This document shows, piece after piece, positions 14,401 to 29,909 of a stretch of 64,000 nt of DNA. The stretch is taken from NCBI RefSeq assembly GCF_009914755.1, contig NC_060926.1; one strand, written 5' to 3'. This DNA is from the human T2T-CHM13v2.0 reference genome, Homo sapiens. The notes beneath the pieces are model-generated. The model was not told where the DNA came from. It worked only from the letters and a program-made list of their open reading frames with translations, and did not search any database. The position numbers were made by a program, and so were the translations under genes. The stretch's first letter is position 1, and each line of letters begins with the position of its first letter.

Positions 14401-17400
14401 AATTAATAAAAGTATACTCAAACTTAGAGCAGACTTTGTCTCATTGCTTTTGAGTCAGATTAGTTGCATAGGACAATATTTTTTATTTTCAAGTTTAATC
14501 AGGGTGGAAGAGATAAAGATACGTTAATTTCAGATTTAAAGGAGTAGTGATGCAGGATTAGCATATTATGGCTTACTGTTTGGGTAGAAGCTTCATGGGG
14601 TGAAAGTCCATGCTGACAAAACTCCAGAAATGATTAATGTGGCTCACCTGTAACTCACAACCAGCAATTTCTCATAGTTCTAGTAAGCAAGTCTGCTGAC
14701 TCTCAAGAATTATCCCAGTAAGTAATAAATCACAAAAGTAATTAAAATCCCCCTTAGAGTTCAGTAGACTTCTTACATTCGACCCCACATCCAATTGTCT
14801 AGGAGAAATTATTGACTTAAGTTTAAGATCAGAAAACAGTGCAAAGCAACTTACGTGAAGTATTGTAAGATAGGTTATCTTTATTTTTTTCCCTGTCTGT
14901 TTCTCAGCTCCCATGTTCAAGAATATAACCTTGCCAGAGAATGACATGCAAAAATGTTGGTTATAGAATTGACAAGAAATAGTCTACCTTCTTAAGTTGT
15001 AAATCTACCCACTTAAAACTGGAAAATAAAACTTGATCTGATATCAGACTTATAATTGAGCCCGTTGTCACCTTAGTCACAAATAAGGCACTGAAAAGAA
15101 ATGTATTACTAGGGTTGATGTGTGTCATGATACTGGCTCTGACAAAGTCTGTGAGGCAGATAATGTGCTGGGATTCTAGAAGAAGAACAACACCCTTCAA
15201 GTTGCTACTCGCTTTTAGCCTTACGTCTCTTTTTCTCTTCCATGTTTTCCCCACACAAACACTGTAAAATTCCAGGAATTGTACATTGCAGCTTCTATAT
15301 TCAGACCTATTGCTCTTTTGGGAGTATATACTTGCTCTGAAAATTCTTCTCTTTTACTATGAGGGATGGGGGAAGGTTTTTCATTTCTTTTTGTTTTTGG
15401 TACCTATTTAGTTCTTCTAAGGTTCACATTCTTTTTTTTTTCTCTTGGTACCAGGAAGAAGAATTGCTTGGAAGTACAATGAAATAGAAGAAAACCTCAG
15501 GAAGTAGCCTTTTTAAGGGTACTGGGCACCCACCTGCATGTCTTATGGCAGAAGTTACAGGGCAGAGACCTGTTGATCACTTGCCTTCCCTATCTCTTAT
15601 CTATCTATACTCATCCTCCTTTCACCCTCCCACAAAAAATGATGGAACAATTATGTGAACTCTTTTATTGTTCCAGGTTCTCACTATAAAAATTGTGAAA
15701 AGATCAACTAAATAATAAATAAGAAAAGACTGTGAGATGCTGAGGAAAAGTGCTGCATTTATAGAAAGTGCCATGTTATGATATTTTTTTCCCTACAAAA
15801 CGCTCTGCACTGCCATAAAATACCCGAAGACTTTAGTAAAAGTGTTAGTTATTTCTGTACACCTCTCTGGGAATATTTGTAGGTGTTTCACCCCTTTTAT
15901 TTTTCTCTTTTCTCCCACACCATTTTCTTTCTTCTTAGTCTGTTTTAGTTCCATCCTTCGGAACTCTCATTATAAGAAATTTCTTCCTAGATTGCAGTTT
16001 AATATCTAAGTCAATCAGACACTCTCTAAGGTTAGGAAAGAAATTAGAGGTCACCTAAAGTAGAGAAAATGAAGCAAAAATAGATGAATCCTTGAAATAA
16101 CATTTTATTGTCAAATTATTTATTATTCATACTGGGACAAAACATTAAAAGAGTCAGAAATAAATACTCAAGGTCTAGGTATATATACTTAGAAAGCAAA
16201 ATATGGCACACACAGCTGGAAACAGCCAAACTAAAAAAGCTAGACAGTTTCTAAGGTAGATGATTTTACTCTCCTAAAGAAATCGTCTCAAAAATTCATC
16301 TGCCTATCTTAGGACTGTTCATTTTCTAGTTTTAACGTGGAGTTCACAGCCTGAGTCGGCATGAAGAAAACGACCTCTGGGACTGAGTAGCTAATCTAAT
16401 TGATGTGAACGTGGGTCCATAGTGGGTACTGTGGTGCCAGTATAGGCACTGGAAAAGGTAATTTGTTAAATGGCTCCCGGTGCTGTGTTAATTTGTCTCA
16501 CACCAGGAGCTTTTGCTCTCAGAATGTAGCATATACTATTCTCCTGGCTCATGAGGCCTGGGCCTAGGAAGTAATGAAGCATGGTGAATTAAGCCGCTTA
16601 GGGCATAATATGCAAGAGGAGGAGCAAAAAGAAAGCCTTGGGGAGGTTCTTATTTAGTATTAATTATTTTTATTAGACATTGCCTTTGAGCCAATATATA
16701 CCTATATATTAACCAACATTTTGAACTTGTAGCTAAGATTTTGTCATGTTTATAGGGCTAACAGGCCCTTTTTGACTCAGACCCTACAAAATAAATTAGT
16801 AACTTACTAGTTTATGGTATACGTAAATATGTATTGTGTGTTATGTATAATATGTAATATTATAGATAATTAAGATAGTCATCCCTTTATTAGTAGAGGG
16901 ACCACTTATATAATAAAAAATAATTCCCTTATTAGTGGAGTATTTCTGAGCACTCTGACTCAAGTAAAAGGACATCTAAGGCCATATGTACAAAAAATTT
17001 AGAATGTTTTTAGTTATTGCCAGAATTGTTATCTTTATTTTGTAGAGAAATTTAAGTTCACGTGGCTACTAAGGGGCAAATTCATAATCCACATTTTTTA
17101 CTCCAAACCCTGTGCTATTTACTCCAGGCACATATACAGTCTAAGTGAAAAACAACTTCTTACCTGACCAATGATACTTAGCCATACTTTGCTAAGTATC
17201 GGGAAGGTAATTACAGCAGTTGCTTGGCATCAACTGGGTTTAAGGCAATGTTGCACAGAGGAATGGATGCGCAGTGAATTTAATACTGACCTATTTCTAA
17301 CTTCTTGCTCTTTCATTAACAGGCTGTGTGATAATAGAAAAATTACTCAGCTACTCTGTATATCAGGTCACAATTTATTAAATCAGTAAAGGTGTTGGTT

Positions 17401-19379
17401 TATTCCATTACATGCTAACACTTTCTGAGTACCTATCGTGAATTGGGCACTACACTGTGTGCTAAGATTCAAAAGAGAAACAAGGTACCATGCCCCAAAG
17501 TGTTTAAAATATTGTTGGAGAAATTAGCTTAGATGAATCCTGAAGTCCCTTCAGGCTTTACATTCTAGGGTCTAACAGAGTGCAAAAGACCACAATACAA
17601 GCTGTTCATCACTGGCAATCCTGACAGGCTTTTGAGAATTTAGAGAAAGTCTGACCAGAGGCATTGCCACCAACAGAAAGATTCCATAGACACAAATGGC
17701 CACCTGGTATCGGAATAATTTCTCCTGAGCAAATCACAGCTACTTGACCAAAAGAGTTGATAAAAGAAAGAAGGCTCTAAAAGTGTTAAAAACAAGCTGT
17801 GCAATGGAATTGGAATAAATGGAAAGAAAGGAGTCTCTGACAGAAGCAAGAGACTCAAGACCCTCCAGGCTTGTTTTCATTGTTAATTGCTCTGCCATGT
17901 TTTTTCTCTTTCAATGTAGGAGAGTTCTGGGTTAAGAACAAGACTTTCCCCCAATCTCCAAACACCTAGCAGTTGTTTTATTCCCTCTAGCCAGAAAGAT
18001 TCTACCAGAAAGTCTTCATAGTCCCATAGGCCACACAGAATGTAACACTTTTACTGCAAGCAAGAAAGCAGGATTTCAAGTCTGGGAGGGCTATTTTTCA
18101 TAAAGTTAAGGGAAGAAAAGTAATACCTATTTATCTACATATCATACATGTGTGTAGTTGTGTGTTTCTGCCATGAAAACAAAAATACTTGCCAGAGGGT
18201 GTTCAGAAAAAAGCACTGTGAGAATATGTAGCTGTTCCCTGCTAAAGGCAGACTTCCCTTGACAGATTTGAGCTAGCTAACTAATTTTCCCCTGGGTACA
18301 AAGCGGACTTCATGGATCTCAGAACATCTAACATTGAAATGCATGCTCAGGATTTGCCAATGCCAAGACCACAAGACTTTCATATGAAGATGAGTCTAGT
18401 AATTCCAAAAGGCAAGAGGCATAGCTGGTGAGTACCTATGCATTTTCTTTTGAAGGGAAAGGACTGCCACTTAATGTTTTTAAATATTAGGATCACCATC
18501 CCAGGACACATATTTAATTCTGTTTTCTCCACGATGAATTTGTATGAGTATAGTTAACAATAATTTCTAACTATGGACACACTATTCAGTCTAAATCCAG
18601 TTAAGCACATAGGCCCGAGTCTACTAATCATTTTCTCTGAGCATATATTTAGCAAAGGAGTATTTCTACTAACCTACTGGTAGCAAGTGTAAGTGCAGGT
18701 TCAGAAATAGGAGTCCGTGTTCTTTGTATAGAGGTGGCTGGCTAATATGCCACGTTATGAAACCAGAATATTAGAGCCAAAATTAATCTAAATGCTCTAC
18801 TTAATATGTATGTGAGAGAAATACAACTGGTGTCTAGTTTAAAAAAATAAGAAATATAGTAGGGAAATGGAGACCCTTTGCATGATAATGCCCCTGTGAG
18901 AGGACACTTTTGTTCTTAGATATCCTATATTAATCTTTAGTTTTCCACTTCCTTAATACCAATGTAACAAGATATAAAGCTACACAAATGAAAAAGAAGG
19001 GACTAAGAAAAAAGGAGATTTGGAGTTTTACAGCTATTTTAATTAGAGGATGAAAACTGTTAATTTCATTTCTAAAAGACCATGGTCTTGTTTTGACAGA
19101 ATTAGAAGACTGAAATACATGGTGATTGACCTTGGAGAAGATTATTGAATATGTTAATGGTTAAACATTTGCTTAGCCCAAGGTATGCTCCTGAAATAAA
19201 ACAAATATGATGACAAGGCCTTCCTGGGAAACATTAGCAAATATTATACTTCACATAAACTGAGTCTATACAGGAAAAGCTGATTTAGGTTAAGACTAAC
19301 ATGATGTTTTTCTTTTGCTCATATGAGGAGTTTATGGAGTCTATTGTGTAAAAATAAGTGCTAGAATATAGTCAAAATT

Positions 19380-19670
19380 ATTAGATGCAAGGTTAATTTT
19401 TGCTGATTTTGATAGCTGTTCTGTGATTATATAATGTCACACACTGAAACATTTAGGATTTTAAAGGCATGGCTCATGCAACTTATTTTTAAATAAAATA
19501 TATACAAAGAAGGAGTGTAGGGAAGAGGGTATTAGGTGTAGAGGGAGACAAAAAGAGGAAGAGGTAGACACTCATAAAGCACATATGGGTGAAGGGTTTA
19601 CAAGAATTCTTTGTGCTATTCTTGCAACCTGTGTCTATGTTTAAAATTGATTCAAAATTTAAAGTCTTTA
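19380..19670 (+). mobile_element. Old L1 (L1ME-like) 3' UTR fragment
   Basis: GAATTCTTTGTGCTATTCTTGCAAC...TTTAAAATTGATTCAAAA is a typical old L1M terminus. Confidence 0.55.
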
Positions 19671-19996
19671 TAAAACATGAATTCTTCTATGTGAATATAT
19701 TACAAAATAATTTTCTGGGAAAAAACAGAGTAGCAAAAGCTTACACCTATTAAGAATATCAATCATGCACATTCTTTGGTTTCCTCTGTTCTATGTGGCT
19801 ACTACTGATCAACAGTGGCTCATTTCACTAGTGTGTTCCAGAAGAAAAGTTGCACTTTCACTGGCTCCCTTGATATTCCTGAATCACTGTCATAAATACG
19901 GACAGAAAATTCCTCTCTATTCTTCTATGTATAGTTTTTATAGAGAATGTGAATTTCTTACTGGATGTAAACCAGAGAAGAAGCTGGTTCTTTTAG

Positions 19997-19998
<2 letters not shown>

Positions 19999-20071
<73 letters not shown>

Positions 20072-20093
20072 AGAGACTGAGAGAGAGAGAGAG
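19999..20093. repeat. Compound (GT)16(GA)n microsatellite
   Basis: GT run 19999-20030 followed by a GA run with a degenerate tail. Confidence 0.95.
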
Positions 20094-20119
20094 TTGCTTT
20101 TGAGAATGGTTTGGACCAG

Positions 20120-20250
20120 TGTACAGTAGAAATAACCCTGTTTTAGGCTTCAGGAGACTTGGAATTTACATGGGGTTGTCTGTCAATCTAGCTGAATAAC
20201 TTGGGAAAATCATTTAACCTTCCTGAGACAGTTTCCCTAATCATGAAATA
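20120..20250 (+). mobile_element. MIR fragment
   Basis: TAACTTGGGAAAATCATTTAACCTTCCTGAGACAGTTTCC is a MIR core. Confidence 0.6.
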
Positions 20251-20267
20251 GTTGGGTTTCCGTACAT

Positions 20268-20471
20268 TAGCACTGAGCAAGAAAATTTTCTGTGATGAAG
20301 TAAATGTTTTATAATCTGTCCTGTTCACAGTGACAACAACAAAGCCCTGTGGTTATTGAACGTTTGAAGTGTGGCTAATGCGTCTAAGGAAAATAACTTT
20401 TAATTTTATTTAGCTTTAATTAGGTTAAAATAGTCACACACTGCTAGTGGCTACCACGTTAGAGAGCATAG
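20268..20471 (+). mobile_element. MER3 (hAT-Charlie MITE)
   Basis: TTTCTGTGATGA...TGTGGTTATTGAACGTTTGAAGTGTGGCTA...GCTAGTGGCTACC matches the MER3 layout over about 200 bp. Confidence 0.8.
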
Positions 20472-21729
20472 AACTAGATCATTTAGATTTTTAATAATGA
20501 CATATCTATGTTTAAGTTCTGGTTTTACTACTTAGTGATTATATAACATTGGGTACATTGTTTTAATTTTTGGGTCTCAGTTTTCTCATGTGGAAAAAAT
20601 AAAAATAAAGGTGAATCAATATCATATACACTGTTTTAATTCTAAAAAAGTGCTTTCACTCACCCATATTTTCTTATTTCTGAAATCAGATTGCATTTTC
20701 TAAACAAAGCAAAAAAAGAGAACACCTTTCTGGCCACCTGAGCAGATGTAATCTCAGCTGCACAGAGAGGAAAGCTGTTTCTTTATTTTTACCTAAGTTA
20801 TATTATTTGCTTTGGTAAGGACCTAATGTTTATATTAGGTTTGCATTTGGATCCATAATACTATCTTAATATGCTTTGAAAAAGATTATTTCCAAATATA
20901 AAATAAATAAAAGTTACTGTATTTCCAGAAGGTAACTTCTATTATAAGTCTAGCAGTAACATCACAGGTAGAAATTCCAAGTCTCAAGAGTAAACTGAAA
21001 ATGTTCAAATCTAGGAGAGATTAAAACAAACAATCTATGTGTCAGGAAGTCCTGACACTTGGTAACTTGGTCTATCTCTTAAAAGCTCCAAGTGGTTTTC
21101 AGAAGAAGCTTTTTCAATTTAAGGGGAAAAATAAATCTATAAATCTAATAAAATAATAAATTCCTTAATCTATACTGTCATCCTAAGAATGGTAAGTAGA
21201 TAAAAACCATGAACTTGCACTGTGACCATCAATGTCACCATGTCATTATTTATGAATACACATGACCAAGAATAATTCAGAAGAAGCTTTGAACTCAGAA
21301 TGTAAGTGCACAGACTTTGACCAAAATGTTAAAAAAAGATAGAAGTTACATGTAATTGTGAACCTAAATGTATGTTCTTCTCTGCATTTCATGTGCACAT
21401 ATAATCTGTGTTAAATTTGAATGTTTGCTGTTTATTTCCTTTTCTTTACATGTTCCTGTCCAAATTCCCAGGAAAAATATGTGCTGTCTCATGCTAAGTT
21501 TTTGCACTGGGCCACACCAGGCCCCCTAATTTGTTATAAATGAGCTATCCAAAAAAGAGGGAAACAAGAAATAGTATGACGTGCTCTTCTATCTTTTAGG
21601 AAACAGATTTTCCAAGTGAGGACTAGAGTATACTACTTGTGCCTCAGTGCTTCACAGAACTCTTTGTGAAATGAACTGATGAATTGGCATCTATTTGTTG
21701 TTTCCCGAGTCTACCTTTTCATCATTCTT

Positions 21730-23050
<1,321 letters not shown>

Positions 23051-24028
23051 TCAAAGACTATGGTGCTTTTAGATGCTCGCTTTGGAAAACATACTCATAC
23101 CTTTCATATCTAATCCCTGACAACCAATTCTGAGCAATAAGTTTTTTAAATCAGTTTCATCTTGACTGTAACATTGTTTTTCCTGAGGTGTGACCATGCA
23201 CTGTTGACATAAATCCCAAGTGCATCTGTGACAGGCCTGCCAGAGAGACCAGCTTCGCCTCACATGTGGGTTAACAGGAAGTGGGGAAAAACTTGAGAAG
23301 CTAAAGAAGAGCCATCTACCAACACTTGCACACACACATTTAAATAACTGTATTCTGTGAAACAACTACCTAATGGGAAAGAAGTTAATAACTAATGTAT
23401 AATCAAAGTTGGGGATCTAATGGGGATCTAGGAAGGGTTCGGTGTAGCTTATGTTTACTGAATGAAGCTGGAGCTGGTGAGAAATAACTTGTTAATGTAT
23501 CAGCACATGACTCACTGACATCATAAACATGTAAGGCATTATGTGGCTCATATGATTTAGAGACTGAAAAATATCTGGAAAACAGAATAATTGATGTACA
23601 ATGTGCATATCTTTGAACTTAAGAAGACTGCTGGACTTTGAGATGCAAAAAGATAGCATATTGTGAAAGACAGTCAATTAAATTCATGCTTTTTGAACAA
23701 TTTTTGGCAGATGTATTTTTATTTTTAAGGTTAACATTAGTTATTACAAATAATTGGTTGACTACAGCTTTAAATAAATACCATGTAGGTCATGCATGTC
23801 TTGAAAATAGATCATGTATATGTTAAAAATATTATACCTCTAAAACATATATCTGAGGTAAAAAAGAACAGTGTTCAAAATGTATATTATGTATAATCAT
23901 CAGTTGAAAATCTCCTGCATCTATTACAGAAGATTTTTTTTTATTTCAGGGGAAGATTGCGAGATTCATTGTAAAAATATATTTTTATGTTCTTAAGAAG
24001 AAAAAAATTGTTATGATAATACTTTACA

Positions 24029-24108
24029 TTAGGTTGATGTGAAAGTAACTGCAATTTTTGCCATTAAAACTAATGACAAAAACCACAATTACTTTCACAC
24101 CAGCCTAA
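24029..24108. mobile_element. MADE1 (Hsmar1-derived 80-bp palindromic MITE)
   Basis: TTAGGTTG..AAAGTAA..TTTTTGCCATTA / TAATGACAAAAACC.CAATTACTTT..CCTAA inverted arms, 80 bp, followed by TA (CA on the left). Confidence 0.92.
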
Positions 24109-27100
24109 TACATAGTAATCACACTATTTAGTAAAGAAATGAATGAATTATTCAATTTTTCAACAAATTAGTTCAACAAATACTTATTAAATACCTACTG
24201 TTTGACTGGAATTGTGTTAGATTTTTGCAAGAGAATATAAATGATTTATGTGAAATATTCTTTGAACTCAGAGAAGTTGTCATTGTTTAGTGGTACTGTC
24301 AGGTGTACAGAAAGGCAATTTTACATTAAAAACAGAATAATCCTTGGAGTAAACAATGAAGTGCTAAGCATTATTGACATCAAAATATAGGGTATGTGAA
24401 GTAATTACTGTATGTCATCACAAAATGGAGAGATCAACATGAAACATAAAAATCAACTTTAATATTTGTTTCTTAGAAAGGATCACATCCTACTTGCTCT
24501 TTTTATCTTGTTCCTAATGTGATTGTCATACTTCTGACCACTATAAATACTAAAGTAGAAATTCACTACCTTGAAATTCCTACCTGAAATATGAAAAGGT
24601 TACTGAAGTTTTATAAAGAGTTCTTAGTCTATCAAGTTTTTGACATTATTTTCCAAAAAATCTTTAGAATATTCAAACGTTCATTTTCAGATCTGAATTA
24701 ACATTTTTCCCGTCATGCCCAATTTGATATTTAAATTAGCAGAAAGCATCGCAGTAATGAAACTGTAAGTCACGTTTTATAAACCAAATAATATATATAG
24801 TATTCTAAATATATTTAGAAGGCTTTACATTGTATTCAAATATGAATATTAATGATTTGGCAGTGGGTTATGTTTGCAGTCCCCAGGTTAACATTATCAC
24901 ACTCACCCATATATTTTGAATCTCACCAACATTATTATAAATAATATCTTTTTTACCATGGGAACTCTTACATTAAAAATGTTGTTATAGAATGTGCATA
25001 TTTTTGCATAATACAAATATGCAATCAAAAGGAAAATACCTTGAAAAATAGCTTAGTCAGTTTTTAATCTTAAGTGTGTTGAACTTTGATTTTCCAATTC
25101 TCTTTAATCACAATGTTTAGTAAATCATGAAGTGAAGAAGAAAACATGTATTTGATTTTAATTTCATTATTACCATTCATTGCAAATGAAAACATTTGTT
25201 AACAGAAAATGTATAAACCTTAGTATTTACTCATTTGTTTAAGAAACACTTACTGAGTACCTTTACAACTAAATTAAGAGCCCATCCATGATTTCCTGGG
25301 TGAGTATTCTTTGACAGTTTTGGCTACCACAGGTGGCTGGCTAGTAAAATTGTTTAGAAAATTGACTACAGTAATGTCAAGATTATTGTTCCATTGTTTT
25401 TATAGATCAATTAACCTTGATCTTTCTAGTCCTTTAGTCTTAGTTATCATTCTCACAGATATTGGCTTGAAAAATATTAAAGAAATCAAGGATAAAGAAA
25501 TAGGGAAAATATTATGAATGGTTCAACAAAATTCTGTGATGTTTACAAAAAATACTATTTTAGAGTGTGTAGCCTCTATCTCTAGACAGAGAGCATTACG
25601 AGATTTGCAGTTATTAAAATAATTGTAAAAGGTTGAAGCTGATAATCGGGGGAAAATTGAGGTGATTAAAATAAATGGTGTAGCATGAGTAGAAATTTAT
25701 GCGAGAGAGCCTTGAGTCAAAGAATTGAAGTTAAGCATAAAACACCTAAGCCCAAAATCTAATAAACCTGTGCTTCTATGGGTGGTTGGGTGAGAAAGGA
25801 GTCAGGGAATCAATGGAGCTGAGATTATGTTTGAAGGGCTGCTTTAGCAGTCAGAACATTTTTATTTCAGGTCATGGTCTGCAGGCACCATAGCTGACAC
25901 TCAGATATCTGGCCCTGTGTGAGGAAAAGGATGGAACCACTGAATGGCTGAAACCAAGATGATCACAGGCAGAATGCAAAGACAAAGATGCCTTGTTTTC
26001 TCCGTCCAAATTATATCTTACAGTCAAGCAACAAAACTGTCTTACATAAGCACCATTCTATCTTTCTGTTTCACAGTTAGAATCTATAAGGTTACGAGCA
26101 AAAACTTCTGACAAAATAAGCTCACTCACATTCAGGAGGGTAAGCACATGAGGTAGAAAATGTGAGTTAATGAGAGAGTGAAAGTTTTTCCATCTCATGG
26201 TGTGCAAGAATTAAAGACTTCTGAATAATTAGAGTTGGCAAGAGCATAATGTTCAGAGGAAGAATGTTCATAGCAATGGAATTAATAAAAGTTGCTTATT
26301 TGTGGTACAATATTAGCATTATTTAATATACTAGTTGTGTCTCCACTAAACAATTGAATGAGCTGGCAGTGATTTCAATCATATAAGTGATTTGATTCAT
26401 CTTTTCACTGAGAAACACTAACATAACAAACTATATAAATTAAGTATGAAATAATTGTGCTCTTGCTGAAAAAGAATCAATTCTTCAAAAAAAAATCCAT
26501 TAACTGATGAGCTTGTAAAAATAGTTCCTACATATAAGGATTTCTTTAAAAATTATGTATAAATTCTATTTTAAATGCCGATAATTTTTCCTTTACTAAT
26601 TCAATGACTACTCCTCAAGAGCTTGTGTCTTCAAAAGCAATTCCAAATGCAGATTGTTTCAGTGGCTCACAACATGTTTATGCGATTTTCATGGACTCTG
26701 TCAGTAGTCTTGCTATTGGTACTGTGTGTGTGCAGAAACTGGGGGGCATGAGGTGTTTGTCAGGAGGTCTTCTGAATTTAAAAGGAAGAGGAATCTTGAT
26801 TTAAACTGTGTATCAGAGACTGTAAAATGACAAGTGAAGGTGACTTACAGAAGCAATTAGGGTTTCCCAATGTCTAAAACAAAACTAAAACTAAACAAAC
26901 AAAAGTAGAGAATTAATTGTGAACATTTGAAATCAGATTTCACCCCCACAGTTGGCTAGAACCTAGTGACAGCCATTACCTTCAAAAAGGTACATGTTCT
27001 CCAGCCCTGTTGTTTCTGTCATCTCTTGGTCTCTAGACATATGAGTTTGCCACTATCAATATTAGTTTTGGGAATGACTCTAACAAATATTATTAAAGGA

Positions 27101-28959
27101 GTGATTTATGTACGCTTAGGAATGAAATCGGTAATCATCATTAAGTGTAAGTCATACCAGACTAAACTAATTTCATCTGATGATGGAGAAGCTAGTCTGA
27201 GGAATCAGAAATAATCATTCAGCAAACAACATTAACTTCTTTCATTCTATTTTCCACCAGTGTGTTTTGGTGGCATGCATAGATAATCACATTTTTAATA
27301 AGAAAATGCTCTCTTACTTTTAGTTCAAGAAATGGATTTGTGGATTTTTATTATATGTTTATTATATTTGTTACTGTGTTTCTTTGCCAGTCATAAAAAA
27401 GTGGTTGCCTTGCTCAGTTATAAATGATACTCATTGTGACAAATAGCTCATTGAATAACTTCCTTCCATTTTATAAATTTTCAGAAATTGAATTCTACCA
27501 GTTTCTTATCCTTTCCATGTTATTATCTAATAGGAAAGTGGAATAAAATAATTAATACTTATTTTTATATTCAGAGAAATTGAATATTTGTCTTAAGAGC
27601 TGCAGTTTCCTACCACTGATTTGCTATTAATGACATATTACCAGGGATATTAAACTAAGATCTCAATATTAAGTGCTTTTCTCTTTATTAACAAAATGAA
27701 TATGTATAAAGTGGATATATCAGTACTTAATGTAATTAAGTTTAGAATATATTCTTTTATAAGCAATGCTTATAACAATCTACAAGCTTAGCTGTTATAG
27801 GCAACTTCTATATGAAGTTTCTCTATAAATGATTTATCCATTTTTTAAATATCATACTTCTTAGCAACATCAACAAAACAATTATTAAACTGTAGTGTTC
27901 TTGAGATTATACAATAAGTTCCCAAACCATGTTACCTTGTTACAATTTAATGTCATAATTTTGGTGGTTCACAAAAGAAACACTCATAAAAATTATTGGT
28001 AATGGATGTGTAGAACTTTGGCAGCTTTTCCCAACAAATTGGTTTTCAAGGAAATCAAAAGGCATGTTGCTGCTCTACATTTACATTTAACAGATCATTT
28101 TTACAGTAAACTTGGTGATTTTACAATTTACATTAAAAATATTTTCATTTTTGAGGAAAAAATAGGAAGATAGAAATATTATATATGGGTACTTACAAGA
28201 GGGCAAGAAAACCAGGGATAAAGTCACAGTACTACAATGAGTGAAAAGAAACGGGTCTGAATCTGTTTTTAAATTGGATATTGTGAAATAGAAAGCATTG
28301 TGAATGTGAAGAGAAAATGAGAAAGGAATTAAAGATGAATTGAAGACTTTGAACCTGGGGAATCGACAAAGTGTCTATGCTATTGGAGTAATTAGGGATA
28401 TGTGATTAATCGCGAATGGAGGGAGTCAGTGAAGGATATTTGTGTTTAGTCTCCTAGCTACTGAGATACACAAAATGGATGCACCTTCAGTCAAAAGGAC
28501 TGAGAGGCATATATGGATTTTCAGTTCCTGGAGGGTAGTGACCATGTACATTTCACCATTTTTTCACTCTGAGCCTAATGCGTACAGAGTATACAGTAAA
28601 TATTTGTGTAATGATTGAAGGAGACACACACAGTCCGGCATACATACACACACATTACACAATTTGTGTATAATCATATGTATCAAACACATATATTATA
28701 CTACAACATATCATATATCTATATCCATATATACATTATACTACACTATTTAAAATTAAGGGCACTGAATGTGGCTTTGAGATCATGGATGAAATTAAGG
28801 GAAGTATGAAGATGAGAGTAAATTCTTAGAGGTGACTAAGTAATGAAAGTATAACAGTGAAATAGGAAGAAGTGGATTGTTAACCTGACCAACAATTCAG
28901 GTCATTAATCAAAAGGCGAAGATTTGAGAAAACTCTTCTAAGGACTAGTTTAACCTAAG

Positions 28960-29240
28960 ACTGACAATGTTTAATACAGCAGTCAGTGTCCACATGTGGC
29001 TTTTGAGCACATAGAATCAGGTCAGTCAGACTGAGATGTGCTGTAACTTTAAAATATATACAAAAATATGAAGTTAGTAACAAAATGTGCAATCCCTCAT
29101 TTATGACTTATATATACATTGTATTAAATATAACATTTAAAGCTAATTTCACCTATTTCTTTTTGACTTTTTAATGGGGCTACTAGAAAATTTCAGTATT
29201 CAAAGGTAGTTTATGCTTCTGGCTGACATAGAAAGCACAG
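28960..29240. mobile_element. MER33-like hAT-Charlie MITE
   Basis: CCACATGTGGCTTTTGAGCAC...CTGAGATGTGCTGTAA...AATTTCACCTATTTCTTTTT...GGCTACTAGAAAATTT. Confidence 0.7.
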
Positions 29241-29909
29241 GCTGAGAAGTGTCTTGAAGCTTCTCTTTTGATATTGAAAACTTCCAAAATATTGACAGGA
29301 GTTAGAAAATGTTTTTAGATTAACAGATTTATAATCCTACTGAGTATATTTTTTTCCTGCGAGAATGTGTTTTATTTCTCATTTGTAGAAATAAAACCAA
29401 ATTTATTAGTGTTAATAACTTTATTTCCCCTATGCTATGAAAATCTAAAGTACAGTGATAACAAATATTTATGATAGCTTTTCATTAAAATTATTTAACC
29501 TAAGGAAAATGTTAAAAGTAATCTTAAAATAACAATAAATTGAGGTTGTTCAGTCAAGAAAAAAATATGTTTAAAAGGAAGCAAATTAATTTAGAGCAAC
29601 TCACTGCTAATAAAAATCAATCGAACACTGAAAATATTTAAGATTTGTTGACAGGTATCACCTCAGAGGGTCCAATGAATGAACTTAAATTATTTTCCCC
29701 AGAAGATCACCTGAGTACTTTCAATTGATAAAATAATAAAAATAAAATATTGTTTCATTACAGTGAACATTAATACTAAGCTGGGGGTTAGGTAATCTAA
29801 TAACTATTCATAGTTTAATTTGCTATGACTCACCATTTCATTCCACTCTATTTAAGTTTCTACACTCAATTAACCAACCCTGAATGCTGCCTCCTATCCA
29901 TTGAATCAT

